Shown: positions 1-12,800 of the stretch, piece after piece
Layout of the letters: the number at the start of each line of letters is the position of its first letter
Numbering within the stretch: position 1 is the first letter of the stretch
Origin: Macrostomum lignano
Taxonomy: Eukaryota
Length of the DNA: 64,000 bases
Assembly (NCBI GenBank): GCA_002269645.1
Contig: NIVC01000553.1
Span: forward strand, 156,554 to 220,553
Direction: 5' to 3'
The notes under the pieces: model-generated
What the model was told of the DNA's origin: nothing
Database searches by the model: none
The model's input: only the letters and a program-made list of their open reading frames with translations
Position numbers and translations under genes: made by a program

Positions 1-479
1 GCCACGCACTACATTGTTAGCAAAGTGGTGGATTGGCAAAAGGATCTAACATTGTATAGCGACTTTGTCGGCACTGCCGCAGAACATATCAACGACTAAT
101 ACCATGCTGACATAAGTGGGAGTGGGAAAACCCATTGAAAATGAAGGCTAATTTTGAAAGTAATATAAAGTGCTTAAGTGTATGAATCTAAGTTGTGGCA
201 AATACTAAGTTGCAAAAATTGAAAATGTCAATAACAAGTCCCAGACAGTCTTATTTCCATAGTCATATAGTGCATACATGTTTAATGAGCCTCAGAAATA
301 TCTATCCTCAAGAATGTGGCTAGTTGCCAATGGGCAACCAAAAATAGCCATTGGCAACTGGATTTTAAGCCCCAAGGGCTAGCTGGCAACTAGATTTCCA
401 ACCTTAAAAAAACCAGAAGGCAACTACCTATATAACTTTTGCCAACACATATTCAGACAGATTTTCCAACACTTAAAAT

Positions 480-855
480 GTTGCAAAAAGTGTCGGAAAG
501 TGTTGCAACGGTTAACTTTTGCCGACACATTTTCAGATTTAGACAGATCTTCCGACACATTTTACGACACTTAAAATGTTGCAAAAAGTATCGGAAAAAG
601 TGTTGTAAAAGTTAACATTCGCCAACACATATTTTCCGACACCTAAATTAATGCTGCAGTGTCTGATGCTTTACTTCTGCCAACACATCTTCCGACACTT
701 AAAATGTCATTTCTTAGAGCGAGGTCATGTACATGTAACTTTTTCCGACACTTTTTGCGACATTTTAAGTGTCGTAAAATGTGTCGGAAGATTTGTCTGA
801 AAATGTGTCGGCAAAAGTTAACTGTTGCGACACTTTTTCCGACACTTTTTACAAC
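480..855. repeat. Foldback/inverted repeat element (~120-bp arms)
   Basis: 480-600 (gttgcaaaaagtgtcggaaagtgttgcaacggttaacttttgccgacacattttcaga...) is the near reverse complement of 738-855 (...aaaatgtgtcggcaaaagttaactgttgcgacactttttccgacactttttacaac). Internal CCGACAC sub-repeats. Confidence 0.75.
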
Positions 856-980
856 TAAGGTAAGGCAACTAAGCGGCTCCTAGGGCCTAATTTTAAAAAG
901 AACAATATTTTTACAGAATGTTCTAAAACATGGTAACAAAAACAAACAAATGTTTAATCAATATTTTTACTCAAAAATAC

Positions 981-1331
981 TTACAAAGCAACATTAAAGA
1001 TGGGCATAAAATCTTCTGATGTTAATTTCTCATTATTGATTTCAATAATATCAAATTGAATGACTTTAATCACAATATCATCAACATTCTTGCAAATTGA
1101 CACAGACTTGTTGGCACTATCAATTCGTGCAAAGAAAAGTTGCTTATCTTGTTGAACAGGTTTGAGAGTAGCAAAAAAGTCTATACCATCACTAAAAGCA
1201 CTGGAAACCTTAAGAAGAGAAACACAAGAACCTTCAATTTTCCATCCAGTGATAGAAGTTTTGGAGGCGGACAGCAAAATAAAGCCTGGTTCGGAGTCCT
1301 CTAACTTTATAGCAACGATTGTATTGTTCAT
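981..1331 (-). CDS. Unassigned 116-aa ATG-initiated ORF, possibly a transposon or gene remnant
   Basis: Non-repetitive ORF in otherwise stop-rich AT-rich DNA; no motif recognised. Confidence 0.2.
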   Translation of the reverse strand: MNNTIVAIKLEDSEPGFILLSASKTSITGWKIEGSCVSLLKVSSAFSDGIDFFATLKPVQQDKQLFFARIDSANKSVSICKNVDDIVIKVIQFDIIEINNEKLTSEDFMPIFNVAL

Positions 1332-1896
1332 GATGAGTGAGACAAAAATAGATTTAATTACTAATTCAATAAAAATATAGATTAAGATATATGGGTAAGG
1401 TAACCACTAATTCCCAGGTAAATAAATTTTCAAAAAATATAATTAAAGCTCACAAGCAGACCTCTAGCCTAAAAATATGATAGAAACTGTATATCAAGCA
1501 GAAAACTTTAAGATAATTTCTTATACCTGTTATTTGTATGCTTTTGTTCATTACCAATTTAAAGTATTATTACCAAAAAATTGTTATGGTGTTTTTTGGA
1601 AAAGGTAATTTGTTTTAGATCGATGAAGACTATTAAGCAAAAATACTTTTTTTAAAATACAAAATGTAAATAAAAAGTTTTTTTTTCTAAACTACACATA
1701 TTGACACTAGCAAACTTAACTTAATTTTTAAGTATTTGTTTAATGCAACTAAAAAATTAAACATTTTTATTCCACGAATTTTATAACGAAATGACCAACG
1801 TTCCGTACTCTGTTTCCCCATGGATATTCGTTATTGATATTCAATTTCTAAAAAAAGTTGCAAAATAAACTTGTGCTAATAAACTAATAAACTTGT

Positions 1897-2150
1897 ACAG
1901 CTTGGATTTGCATGAAAATTTACAGAGAAATTATTACACACAAAACAATCGCCTGTGTGAAATTTCAAGTCTATCAGTCTACGCAGAGCGGAACGGCGAG
2001 AGTTTTAAAGGTGCTCGTATTTATAATGCATTGTATATGCGCACAGTATATATACACGTGTGCCTATTTACAGCACTTACACAGCTCGGATTTGCATGAA
2101 AATTTACAGAAGAATTATTACAAACAACAAAACAAACGCCTGTGTGAAAG
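1897..2150. repeat. ~70-bp direct repeat, two copies 184 bp apart
   Basis: acagcttggatttgcatgaaaatttacagagaaattattacac... at 1897 and acagctcggatttgcatgaaaatttacagaagaattattacaa... at 2081. Confidence 0.8.
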
Positions 2151-2379
2151 TTTAAAAAAACTTATCTAGGCTAGCTTTTATCAAGATAAAGACAAACTGT
2201 CTTTTAAAAATGCAATATTCATAAAAAGGTATTTTATATATATTTTTAGAATTGGACAAAAACAGCTACTTATTCTTAGACTATCTTAACATAGAAAGTT
2301 ATTTCTAGGACATTTTGTCAACTAGCATTTCGTCAATTTGTATTTTGTCAACTTTGTCAGACATTACAGCAACCAGACA

Positions 2380-3206
2380 GGTACCAACTAAATTGCAGAA
2401 ACAGATGTGGATACAGAATGGATTTGCATACTAAAATGTGGATACAGATGCAGATTTCTATTTTGCAGAATCAATGCAGATATACATAGCAGATGCAGAA
2501 AATCTCCTGTCAAAACGTTGATTTATATTCTGCTTTATATCTGATTCTGTTTATTTTTAGATAATTTTTTCTTTTCAAATTTATTGTGAAAATGATGGAA
2601 AATTGTTTTCTCCATTTTCAAAAAACCAATCACAATGAGGAAATCATCAAGAGATTTACACGTACCCTACAGAATTGGCATAGACTATAAAAACAAGAAA
2701 CTAATCAATCTAGACTTGAACTATCTAGTTTAACTATTTAGAATCAAAACTTAAACTTTACACAATTGTGGTCTCCAAAAGTACACATTTACGTTTCTAT
2801 TATATCTAGCGAGAAAAATAACTTAAGACCTATAATCAAATTTCTTATTTTCTATTATCAGTAGAGTATCTCAAGGCAGCTTTACTTTTAAAAGCAGAGA
2901 AAATGATTTTCTATCATTTTATCACAAATTAAAATGAGAACAATTCATCTGAAAATGGGACCTAAACAGAAACAGAAATAAAACAAAATATATAAATCCA
3001 TATTATAATATAATAGAACTAAATCTGGAAATTTTCTGCATCTGCTATTTAATATCCATATAGGCCTACCACATTGATTAGTAATAATAGGCCTAATCCA
3101 AATTTCCACATTAATCCACAGAAAATAGTAATCCATATTTGCATCTACATTTAAATATGCAAATCTGTTCCATATCCACATCCATTTCTGCAGTTTAGTT
3201 CGTACC
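2380..3206. mobile_element. Non-autonomous Mutator-like (MULE) MITE
   Basis: Long imperfect TIRs (left ggtaccaactaaattgcagaaacagatgtggata..., right reverse complement ggtacgaactaaactgcagaaatggatgtggata...). Perfect 10-bp TSD CAACCAGACA at 2370-2379 and 3207-3216. 9-10-bp TSDs with long TIRs are typical of MULEs. Confidence 0.8.
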
Positions 3207-4701
3207 CAACCAGACATTTGGTTTAGGCCAAAATTATTTGTCTATCATATTAGCCACTGTCAAGAAGGTGTCCAATGTATACCATAATTTTTTTAAGAAA
3301 CATTTTTTGTATTTGCCAAGTATGCTTAAAATTAGAAATTTGACTCTGTTATTCATAATAAAATTTCAAAATTATGCAACTTTACTTGCTGCTACAATAA
3401 TAAAGGACATTTTTTCCATTGTTACATTTAACATTTACATGTAAATTATAATATAAGTGTCTTGTCTATGACTCCTTTATAAAAACTTGCAATTACTTTA
3501 AGTTTTAGTATTTAAATTTGGCAACATCACATTCAATTATTTTTTGTTTAAGCTCCCATTATCTCTTAACTGCTTACCTTTTTATTTCAAATGTTCTATA
3601 TTTTGTTATAGAAACTAGAAGATACTTGCACCTATTTTAAAATTGCTTTTCATACTACTTTTTATATGTCAAATTCAACTTGTTGAGATTCAAACATGCC
3701 AACTATATACACGAATGAACTATGCAAAGCTAATGCATGCTAGAAAATTCTGGCATATAGGAAACCTTCCTGACTATGGCTTATTAGCCCATTAGCCATT
3801 TATCTAAACTGAATAACTAATTGAATCTATATATACAATTGTAATTTGTTTTTTAGAATATAGTGCATGTTCCTACATATATCACTTTATTAATATTAAA
3901 AAAGGAAAGCCTAAAGTACTGTAACAGTGTTGCAGGCATGATGTAACCATTTTCTGCAACTGTTGTAGTCTAGTCTATCATTATTGTCATTGATGCCCTT
4001 TCAGTAAGCAGTGCATTTTGGAGCTTGCCAATGCCCATAAGGCACTATTCAGTTGCATAATGCAACTCTAAGGTGTGACACCATTGATGACTAGTTTTCT
4101 ATAGAAATTTACTTCTTAGAATTATATATGTTTTAAACAAATTTGACATCATATTACCATCTTGCACATTCTCTAGCTGGTATAGCTATAATAATCAGCA
4201 CAATTTGCTGAGTTGCTATAATGTCTAATTAACAAAATGCCATTTTATGAAATGTCTTGTCACTAGAAAGTCATTATAATTCAAAGCCAAAAAAATATTT
4301 TTTTTTAAATTCTAAACTAATCTGTTTGATTTAATATGCTTGAAATTTTTATAAAATTCTCATAGTTTTTATTTTTATACATTTAGCATATACATTTAGC
4401 ATACATTTAGCATTTATACATTTTATACATTTTGTTGTTTCTAATCCAGTATAAACAATTTTCAGTATAGTGAATTTAAGTTTTATTCACTAGAATAAGA
4501 AAAACAATTTCCTTTTTTGCTATGATCAGACTTATTCGACTTGTAGACTTATAAGAAGATAACAAAAAGTTTTTTGTGGTTTTCCCAATCCCATGCATTT
4601 TATTAGAATTAAGATTTATTTGTGGTATTTTCAAAAGGTCATTATTATATTAAATTTATTTTTATCAATAGATAAAGAATAAAAAAGCTAAAAATGACAT
4701 A

Positions 4702-5280
4702 TCTCTACATATAAAATCAAAACTCTGTCTGTATGTGTGTGTACAAATTACTTTGCTATGAACTCCCAAACTGCTCAACCAAATCACACCAAATTTTGCA
4801 CCCACCCTAAATTCACTATGGAAAGTGTCATAGGCTACCTTTAAATTTCCTAAATTTGAGTCTTCCTATCTAAAAGTGCAAAAAAACTGCTCAAAACGTG
4901 CAATTTTTTTTTTACTTAATCCTCCATAGCGCTGCTCCACTTTTACCAATCATCTTTAAATTTGACACAAACAATCTTTAAGTATTTTGACACAATCTTG
5001 TAAAGTTTGGAGTCTCAAAGTTGATCCCGAATGGCGCTGTGCACTTTTAAAGTTAAGCTGCTTTTTGTCAGTGAGACAACCACCCCAACCTCCACCCGCC
5101 TGCCTCTCTTTCCCAATCTGGAAAAGGGGTGTAAATAGGTTTTAAGATGACTAACTTTTGGCTGCCATAAATTTGCTCCACATGAAGCGATTAACTTCAA
5201 ATTTGACACATTTCTTTATTGACTCATTCTCTGATTAGATTTGAGGCTTTAAAAAGTGGAGCATTAAGAATCTAGTTTAT
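4702..5280 (+). mobile_element. Possible non-autonomous Helitron 5' portion
   Basis: A|TCTCTACATATAAAATCAAAACTCTGTCTGTATGTGTG...ctgctcaaccaaatcacaccaaatttt resembles common Helitron-N 5' ends and the 5' end at 51003. No convincing hairpin+CTAG 3' end, so the end coordinate is approximate. Confidence 0.35.
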
Positions 5281-5888
5281 AGAACATTGGATTTAGGGCA
5301 CTGGATTCCCAAACTCAGAGGGGTGGGATCGCCCTTTGGTCTATTGTTCATAAATATATATGCCTTTTTGGCAAGGGCTGCTAAAGCATTAGGCCAAATA
5401 CATGTATAAAATACCATGTGCTTCTAGCAATGAGCAGTAAGTAATTGCAATTTATCAAAAATGAATTCATTCAACTATTAATCAGTACTATTGGCAAGTA
5501 GCAGATAAGTAGTGAGGTAGGCATATTATTGACTAAAATATTTGCATTCAATAATATTTGATATTTAAATTAGTTCTGTGGGATATTTGAGTTGAATCAA
5601 ATAGGTTCAAAAATTCAAATTAATGAGAATATCTAAGGTAAATATCTAGTTTCTTGTGTCGATTTGAATGGTAGTTATCAATATATTTTCTAAAAAATAA
5701 AACAATTATTTTTTGAGCTTAGGATATAGACTTTAATCTTTGAACCAATCCTAAAAATTAACCTATGTGGCCTAAATATACAACAAGACTAAATCAGATC
5801 CCAATTATTTTCATAATACATTTATTAGCTTTTATTTATGAATCTAGACTAGTCATTTGTGCTTTTGAAAAAAAATTAATTGTTTCAG

Positions 5889-7625
5889 CTTCTTTCAAAG
5901 CATTGGCTGCTGGTGCTGATCTCAGTAGCAGCTTATAATTTATTATTAACAACTGATGCATCTCGAAATCTAATTCGTATTGTGAGTCACAACAATGTTG
6001 GCGAGTTTATCACTTATCGGTTTACTAAGCTGGCTGATAAAGGTGCGAAAATTTTGGTTGTCACCACTGAGCCAAGGCCTGGACAAACTGATGTGTCAGC
6101 GGCCTTTGATCCTGTCACCTCTTTGGCTAGTTTTCGTTTGATTGTGCCGCCTCAATTAGGCACAGGGACTGATAAGAGACAGGCTCACGTGCCACTTGGA
6201 TTTTGCTTTTTAACATCGGTGCCGCCTCAGGTAATTCTGCTGTTTTATGGCTGTGAAACTTTTGATTTTGTTATTTCAGGTTTTTTTAATTTTTTATGTA
6301 AAATTGGGGTAGATATAAATGTTTGAAAAATGAGAATGTATGTGTGAATAACTGATTTGAACTGATTTGTGTGAATCAGTAGAATGGATTTGTGTGAATC
6401 GGTAGATAGGATTTGTGTTGTCAGGTACAATGCATTTGTGTGAATCGGTAGATAGGATTTGTGATGTCAGGTACAATGCATTTGTGTGAATCGGTAGATA
6501 GGATTTGTGATGTCAGGTACAATGCATTTGTGTGAATCGGTAGATAGGATTTGTGATGTCAGGTACAATGCATTTGTGTGAATCGGTAGATAGGATTTGT
6601 GATGTCAGGTACAATGCATTTGTGTGAATCGGTAGATAGGATTTGTGATGTCAGGTACAATGCATTTGTGTGAATCGGTAGATAGGATTTGTGTTGTCAG
6701 GTACAATGCATTTGTGTGAATCGGTAGATAGGATTTGTGATGTCAGGTACAATGCATTTGTGTGAATCGGTAGATAGGATTTGTGATGTCAGGTACAATG
6801 CATTTGTGTGAATCGGTAGATAGGATTTGTGATGTCAGGTACAATGCATTTGTGTGAATCGGTAGATAGGATTTGTGATGTCAGGTACAATGCATTTGTG
6901 TGAATCGGTAGATAGGATTTGTGATGTCAGGTACAATGCATTTGTGTGAATCGGTAGATAGGATTTGTGATGTCAGGTACAATGCATTTGTGTGAATCGG
7001 TAGAATTTATCTATAGGAATATAAAAATGGATTGACTCTGCACCCTTCACAGGACCATGTCCCCATGCGCGAGCTCCGCCATCGTCTTGCCTCAATGATG
7101 CTGTCTCAGAAGCAATCTCTACTAAGCTTTGTGGCAAACGAAGATCGAGGCAAACTCGCTCACTGGGCTAGTCAATCGGTTGCCATGGCAACGCTAGTTA
7201 AAGTTTCCCCAACGCTGGCCAAGCACTGCATCAGGGCTATAGGCCGGATGGGCACTGCTCACTTTGCTCCAGAGGATTTGACCTTGTCAGCCCAGCTCAG
7301 GCCCCATAATCCTGCTATGCGAACTATGCTTAACCAGCTAAAGCGTGCGGGTATTAATCAACAGTTTCCATCGATAACTTGTCGCCAAGCTTGGAGTCTG
7401 GACTCAAATTTAGCTTCTTCATCTTCATCGTCTGGTTGTGTCTGTCAGCTAGCTGCCTGTCTGCTATGGTACCCCTGCGGCTTGTTGTCGTGTGCGGCTG
7501 CTCAGCCTGCTGTTGATGGCTCCGCGCCAACCTGCAGAAATGAGTTCGGCTTGCGCTCTTGTCGCATCTGTCACCAGTTTCATTTCCGAGCTGACAATGT
7601 CTCAGCTTGTCCGTTGTACGCTTGA
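5889..7625 (+). CDS. OAF: Out at first homolog (secreted, BRICHOS-like OAF family); exons 5889-6230 and 7053-7625; initiator ATG not located
   Basis: The phase-0 intron 6231(GT)-7052(AG) joins ...FCFLTSVPPQ|DHVPMRELR. The C-terminal CVCQLAACLLWYPCGLLSC...GLRSCRICHQFHF matches the OAF motif CVCRYGLSLAWYPCMLKYC...CGIRSC. The N-terminus is hydrophobic and signal-like. Confidence 0.8.
6392..7003. repeat. 46-bp minisatellite (~13 copies) in the OAF intron
   Basis: Unit gtgtgaatcggtagataggatttgtgatgtcaggtacaatgcattt; period 46 (6438 to 6484). Confidence 0.95.
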
Positions 7626-7684
7626 TTTGAGAACTATTTTATTGAGCCTTTGACAGTCTAATCTCTGCTCAGAATGGTCCTTGA

Positions 7685-7822
7685 ATCTAAACTGTAGTTA
7701 GGAATGGCCATCTGAGTCTCAACTGTAGTTAAGAATGGCCTTCTGAGTCTCAACTGTAGTTAAGAATGGCCTTCTGAGTCTCAACTGTAGTTAAGAATGG
7801 CCACCTGAGTCTCAACTGTAGT
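7685..7822. repeat. 31-bp minisatellite (~4 copies) just 3' of OAF
   Basis: Unit ctgagtctcaactgtagttaagaatggcctt. Confidence 0.9.
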
Positions 7823-8319
7823 TAAAAAACTTTCAGATTTTCCAAATGTATGAGCGTAATAAGTGAAAATCAGTTTCTTATTATCAAGTAAATTATGTTC
7901 AGTTTAGGTCATTCTGTAGTTTTATTAGTGGCTTAATCCTATTTTTGTTTATGCATGAAGCATTTTTACTAGTGTTGACAACTCCTATACAAAACAAATA
8001 CTAGTACCGCATTGCGTTAATAAATTCAGGTAATGTTGCAATTTGCATGTATATATTTAACTAAAGCTTGTATCCATTTTAAATGTATTATTAAATGTAT
8101 ATAATTTTTAAGATTTTTGAATGCCTTACATCTTGAATGACAATTCATGTTTTTTTAATTGACAGAATAACTATCTATTATATATATTGAGTCTCTTTAG
8201 ACCGTAGCAACCATGCCAAAGCTCAACGTCTCCATAGTAATAAGTATTTTATTGAAAAATTGTATTTTATTGAGGATTTCATTGAAAACTCGTTGAAAAC
8301 ATCATAAATGTCCCTGGCA

Positions 8320-8710
8320 CCATAGCAACCAGGCATAAGCTCCTTAACTCCATAGCAACCAACCATAAGCTCCTTAACTGCATAGCAACCAAGCATAAGC
8401 TCCTTAACTCCATAGCAACCAAGCATAAGCTCCTTAACTCCATAGCAACCAAGCATAAGCTCCTTAACTCCATAGCAACCAGGCATAAGCTCCTTAACTC
8501 CATACCTACCAAGCATAGCTCCTTAACTCCATAGCAACCAACCAAGCATTAGCTCCTTAACTCCATAGCAACCAGGCATAAGCTCCTTAACTCCATAAGC
8601 TCCTTAACTCCATACCAAGCATAAGCTCATTAACTCCATAGCAACCAGGCATTAGCTCATTAACTCTATAGCAACCAAGCTTAAGCTCCGTAACTCCTTA
8701 GCAACCAAGA
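8320..8710. repeat. 30-bp minisatellite upstream of CCDC112
   Basis: Unit catagcaaccaagcataagctccttaactc; degenerate toward the 3' end. Confidence 0.9.
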
Positions 8711-8840
8711 GAATTAAGCTTCCGGAGTTAATATCCCCAAAATTAAGCTCCCGACGCCATAGTAATCAACCTTAAGCTCTCTAAAACCATAGCAACCCTT
8801 TATCCGCAGCAATAGCAACTGCACCGCACTGCACAGTCAG

Positions 8841-11800
8841 ATGACGTCATCGGCAGGCCTGGACCGAGTTCAAGCTTGGCGCGGCCAAACCGAGTCGGCC
8901 AGACGCCAGGAGACTCTGCGCGATCTGCACCGTTTGGATGGCAGCGCCCGTGGCATCGAGCGCGAATTTCGGCAGCTTTTGTCCGGTAGGCGCGTTGGCG
9001 CCGTTGCTGGTTGCGCCGAATTGGCGCCGCTGATCGAACTAGAGACGGAGCTGAATACCACTAGGCTGCAGGACCGGCGCCAACTCCAAGCGGGAGCCAA
9101 CAAAATCCGAGCAGCTGTGGAATCGTTTAAAAAGGAATTTTCCCAACCGGCCACAGATCCAGACGCCGTGGAGCCGCCAAGCGCGGATTTCGTCTCGCGC
9201 GCCAAACAGGCCGTTGAAACCATTGAACGACTGGTGCTGGAATTGAAAGAATCTCAGCGATCGAAATACGATGAGCTCACTAATGAAGAGCGTCTGTTAG
9301 GACAGGAAGTGACCGCCTTAGATAAACGAATTGACGCCTGGAAGGTGGAGGATGCGGCCGCTTCCGTTAAGTAAGAATCTTAGTGGATTGTGTACTAATA
9401 TGTTTAAGCTTTTTTATCTATAGTAAGCTTTAACCAGCTGAGGTGTAGTGCTTTCGAATGAATTCTTTGTACTGGCATCAATTAATCGGCTTTTATAATT
9501 CCTTGTTAATTTCTGGTCCTTATTAGCTGAGACCGGGGTCGTATCTGCAGCTGGATAGAAACTTTAAGGCCAATAAAAATCGTCCCTCCCTAGGTAGCCA
9601 ATAAAAATCGTTTTCTTCTCCAGCCAGCCAATAAACTCATCCCGCCAGATAGCTAATAAAATCGCCCCCCCCTCAGACAGCTAAAAAAACTCCCCCCCCA
9701 GCCAGCCAATAAAATCGCCCCAACAGCCAGCCAATTAAATCGCCCCCCCAGCCAGCCAATAAAATCGCCCCAACAGCCAGCCAATTAAATCGTCCGCCAG
9801 CTAGCCAATAAAAATCGTACCCCAGCCAGCCAATAAAACCGCCCCCCCAGCCAGCCAATTAAATCGTCCCCCAGCAAGTCAAGAAAATTGTACCTCAGCC
9901 ATGCGGTTAATAAAATCGTTGCAATAGCAAGCCAAGCCAGTAGCAATCTCTCCTTAGACAGCCTATAAAAATAGTTTGATTAGCCATCAGCCAGCCAATA
10001 AAAATCGTGCCTCAATTAGCCAATAAGAATTGCTTCTTCAACCAATCAATAGTAATCGTCTTTTTTAACCCATCTCGCTCCAGGCCCAAAGCTGTTCCAT
10101 CTGGCGCCGCAGCCCCAGCCACAACCCGAACAGACATTGCGGACGCTCTGCCGCCCGAGGTGGCCGAATTCGAACGCTATCTGGCCCAGACCGGCGGCCA
10201 CACAGGCGGCTGGGAGGACGTGGATCATCGGGCTTTTCTACGCGCTAGGCAGCGGTTCGAAGGAGCCAGCGCCAGGAGCGGCAGCCTTGTTGATGAAGCT
10301 CTTTCCAGCCTGCCTACTAAGACGGCGCAGCAGGTCTGTGGCTAGGGAAGACATTAGGAGATCTGAGATGTCAGTGAGGGATCTGAGATGTCAGTGAGGA
10401 ATCTGAGATGTCAGTGAGGGATCTGAGATGTCAGGGAAGGATCTGAGATGTCAGTGAGAGATCGGAGATGTCAGTGAGGGATCTGAGATAACAGGGATGG
10501 ATCTGAGATGTCAGGGAAGGATCTGAGATGTCAGGGAAGGATCTGAGATGTCAGGGAAGGATCTGAGATGTCAGTGAGAGATCGGAGATTTCAGTGAGAG
10601 ATCGGAGATGTCAGTGAGGGATCTGAGATAACAGGGAAGGATCTGAGATGTCAGGGAGGAATGTGAGATGTCAGTGAGGGATCTGAGATGTCAGGGAAGG
10701 ATCTGAGATGTCATGGAAGGATTTGAGATGTCAGTGAAGGATCTGAGATGTCAGGGAAGGATCTGAGATGTCAGTGAGAGATCGGATATTTCAGTGAGAG
10801 ATCGGAGATGTCAGTGAGGGATCTGAGATAACAGGGAAGGATCTGAGATGTCAGGGAAGGATTTGAGATGTCAGGGAAGGATCTGAGATGTCATGGAAGG
10901 ATCTGAGATGTCAGTGAGGGATCTGAGATAACAGGGAAGGATCTGAGATGTCAGGGAGGAATCTGAGATGTCAGTGAGTGATCTGAGATGTCAGGGAAGG
11001 ATCTGAGATGTCAGGGAAGGATCTGAGATGTCAGGGAAGGATCTGAGATGTCAGGGAAGGATCTGAGATGTCACGGAAGGAAGAATCAATTCAAGCATAC
11101 TACTAAACCAAAAAATCAAGTAGTGAGTACGTCAAATAATTGGTTTTGGCCTGCTCTCAGGTACGCGAGCATGAGCAGTGGTACACCGAGTACAATCGGT
11201 TGCTACGGCAGAAGAAGTCGGCCATCGCTAGATGGCGCCAACAGAAAGCCGACGCTGCCGCTGCCGCTGCTGTCGACGCGGCTGAGGCTGACGCCGCAAT
11301 CGACAGCGACGAGGAAGCCGAGCGGCGTCGTGCCGAACGACTGCGCCAACGCGCCGAAGCTGAGAGACGCGAGCGCGCCTCCGAGTTGGGCGCCTGGAGA
11401 GCGGAGAAATCCGCCAAAGAGAGGCGCGAGGCCGAAGAGCGCCGAAAGAAGCAGGCTGAGGCGGCGGCGCGGAAAGCAGAGGCTGAACGGCAAAAGCAGG
11501 TGAGGACTGCTTTTTGTGATTCACTGAATAACATAATTGAGTCAGTGAAAGAGCAATTGAGTAAGTGAATGAGCAATTGAGTCAGTGAATGAGCAATTGA
11601 GTTAGTGAATGAGCAATTGAGTAAGTGAATGAGCAGTTGAGTCAGTGAATGAGCAATTGAGTCAGTGAATGAGCAATTCAGCAAGTGAATGAGCAGTTGA
11701 GTCAGTGAATGAGCAGTTGAGTCAGTGAATGAGCAATTGAGTCAGTGAGTGAGCAATTGAGTCAGTGAATGAGCAATTGAGTCAGTGAATGAGCAATTGA

Positions 11801-12524
11801 GTCAGTGAATGAGCAATTGAGTCGGTGAGTGAGCAATTGAGTCGGTGAGTGAGCAATTGAGTCTGTGAGTGAGCAATTGAGTCAGTGAATGAGCAATTGA
11901 TTGAGTGAATGAGCAATTGAGTCAGTGAATGAGCAATTGAGTCAGTGAATGAGCAATCGAGTCGGTGAATACGCTCAGTCTGGGTGTACAGCTGTCCTGA
12001 ATTTCCAACTGTCAGTAGGTTTGTACACTCGATGTGCTAGAATGGCATCGTTGAGAAGTGCTGATTGAACATCCTTGAACCGCCACTCCGACCGCCAGGC
12101 TGAGCTTCGCCGTCAAGCCGACGAGTTCCGCGCCAGACGCGAGGCGGAGCGCGCCGAAGCCGCCGAACAGGAGGCCAGACGGGAGGCTGAAGAGCGCGCC
12201 CGTCGTCGAATTCAAACCGAAGCGGACGCCGGCCGGCTGGCCGACCGAAATCGTCAGATTGTTGACGAACGTCTGGCCCGACGGCAGCAGCAGGCTGAGC
12301 AGGAGGAGGAACGCCAGCGTCGGCTGGCTTCGTTGAAAGCCGCCGTTGAGGTTCGGGCAGTTCGCGACCCGAACCGGCTGATGCAGCCCACGGCAGTCTG
12401 TCGGGAGCGAATGGCGGCCGCGGCTGATGATCAGCGATCGGCGGCGGCTGGTGGACGGCCGATGGCCGGGGCGGCGTCTATGCCGCATCGAGCTGTGCCG
12501 TCCTGGCGCAGAGGCCTGTCTTGA
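8841..12524 (+). CDS. CCDC112: Coiled-coil domain-containing protein 112; exons 8841-9370, 10084-10333, 11161-11499, 12099-12524
   Basis: All three introns are GT-AG with compatible phases (2,0,0). Motifs GGWEDVDHRAFLRAR, VREHEQWY...KKSAIARWR and C-terminal PHRAVPSWRRGL match CCDC112. Confidence 0.88.
9580..10025. repeat. ~26-29-bp degenerate minisatellite, CCDC112 intron 1
   Basis: Unit approximately cagccagccaataaaatcgccccc(c). Confidence 0.85.
10356..11075. repeat. 20-bp minisatellite, CCDC112 intron 2
   Basis: Unit gatctgagatgtcagggaag / gatctgagatgtcagtgagg. Confidence 0.95.
11545..11968. repeat. 20-bp minisatellite, CCDC112 intron 3
   Basis: Unit gtcagtgaatgagcaattga. Confidence 0.95.
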
Positions 12525-12597
12525 CGATTGGTGTCGATGCTTGTATGAATTGGTGTCTTTATTCTCGTCCTTGGAAATTCAGAGTCTACTTTCGATT

Positions 12598-12800
12598 CTC
12601 ACCCTGAGATTCGTCACTTATCTCACCCTGAGCTTCGTCACTTATCTTACCCTGAGATTCGTCACTTATCTCACCTTGAGATTTGTCACTTATTTCACCC
12701 TGAGATTCGTCACTTATCTCACCCTGAGATTCGTCACTTATCTCATCCTGAGATTCGTCACTTATCTCATCCTGATATTTGTCACATTTCACCCAGAAAT
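12598..12800. repeat. 24-bp minisatellite 3' of CCDC112
   Basis: Unit accctgagattcgtcacttatctc. Confidence 0.9.

Noticed and set aside
11048-12488. Alternative-frame and antisense ORFs over CCDC112 exons
   Set aside because: Shadows of GC-rich coding exons; only the spliced + frame matches a known protein.
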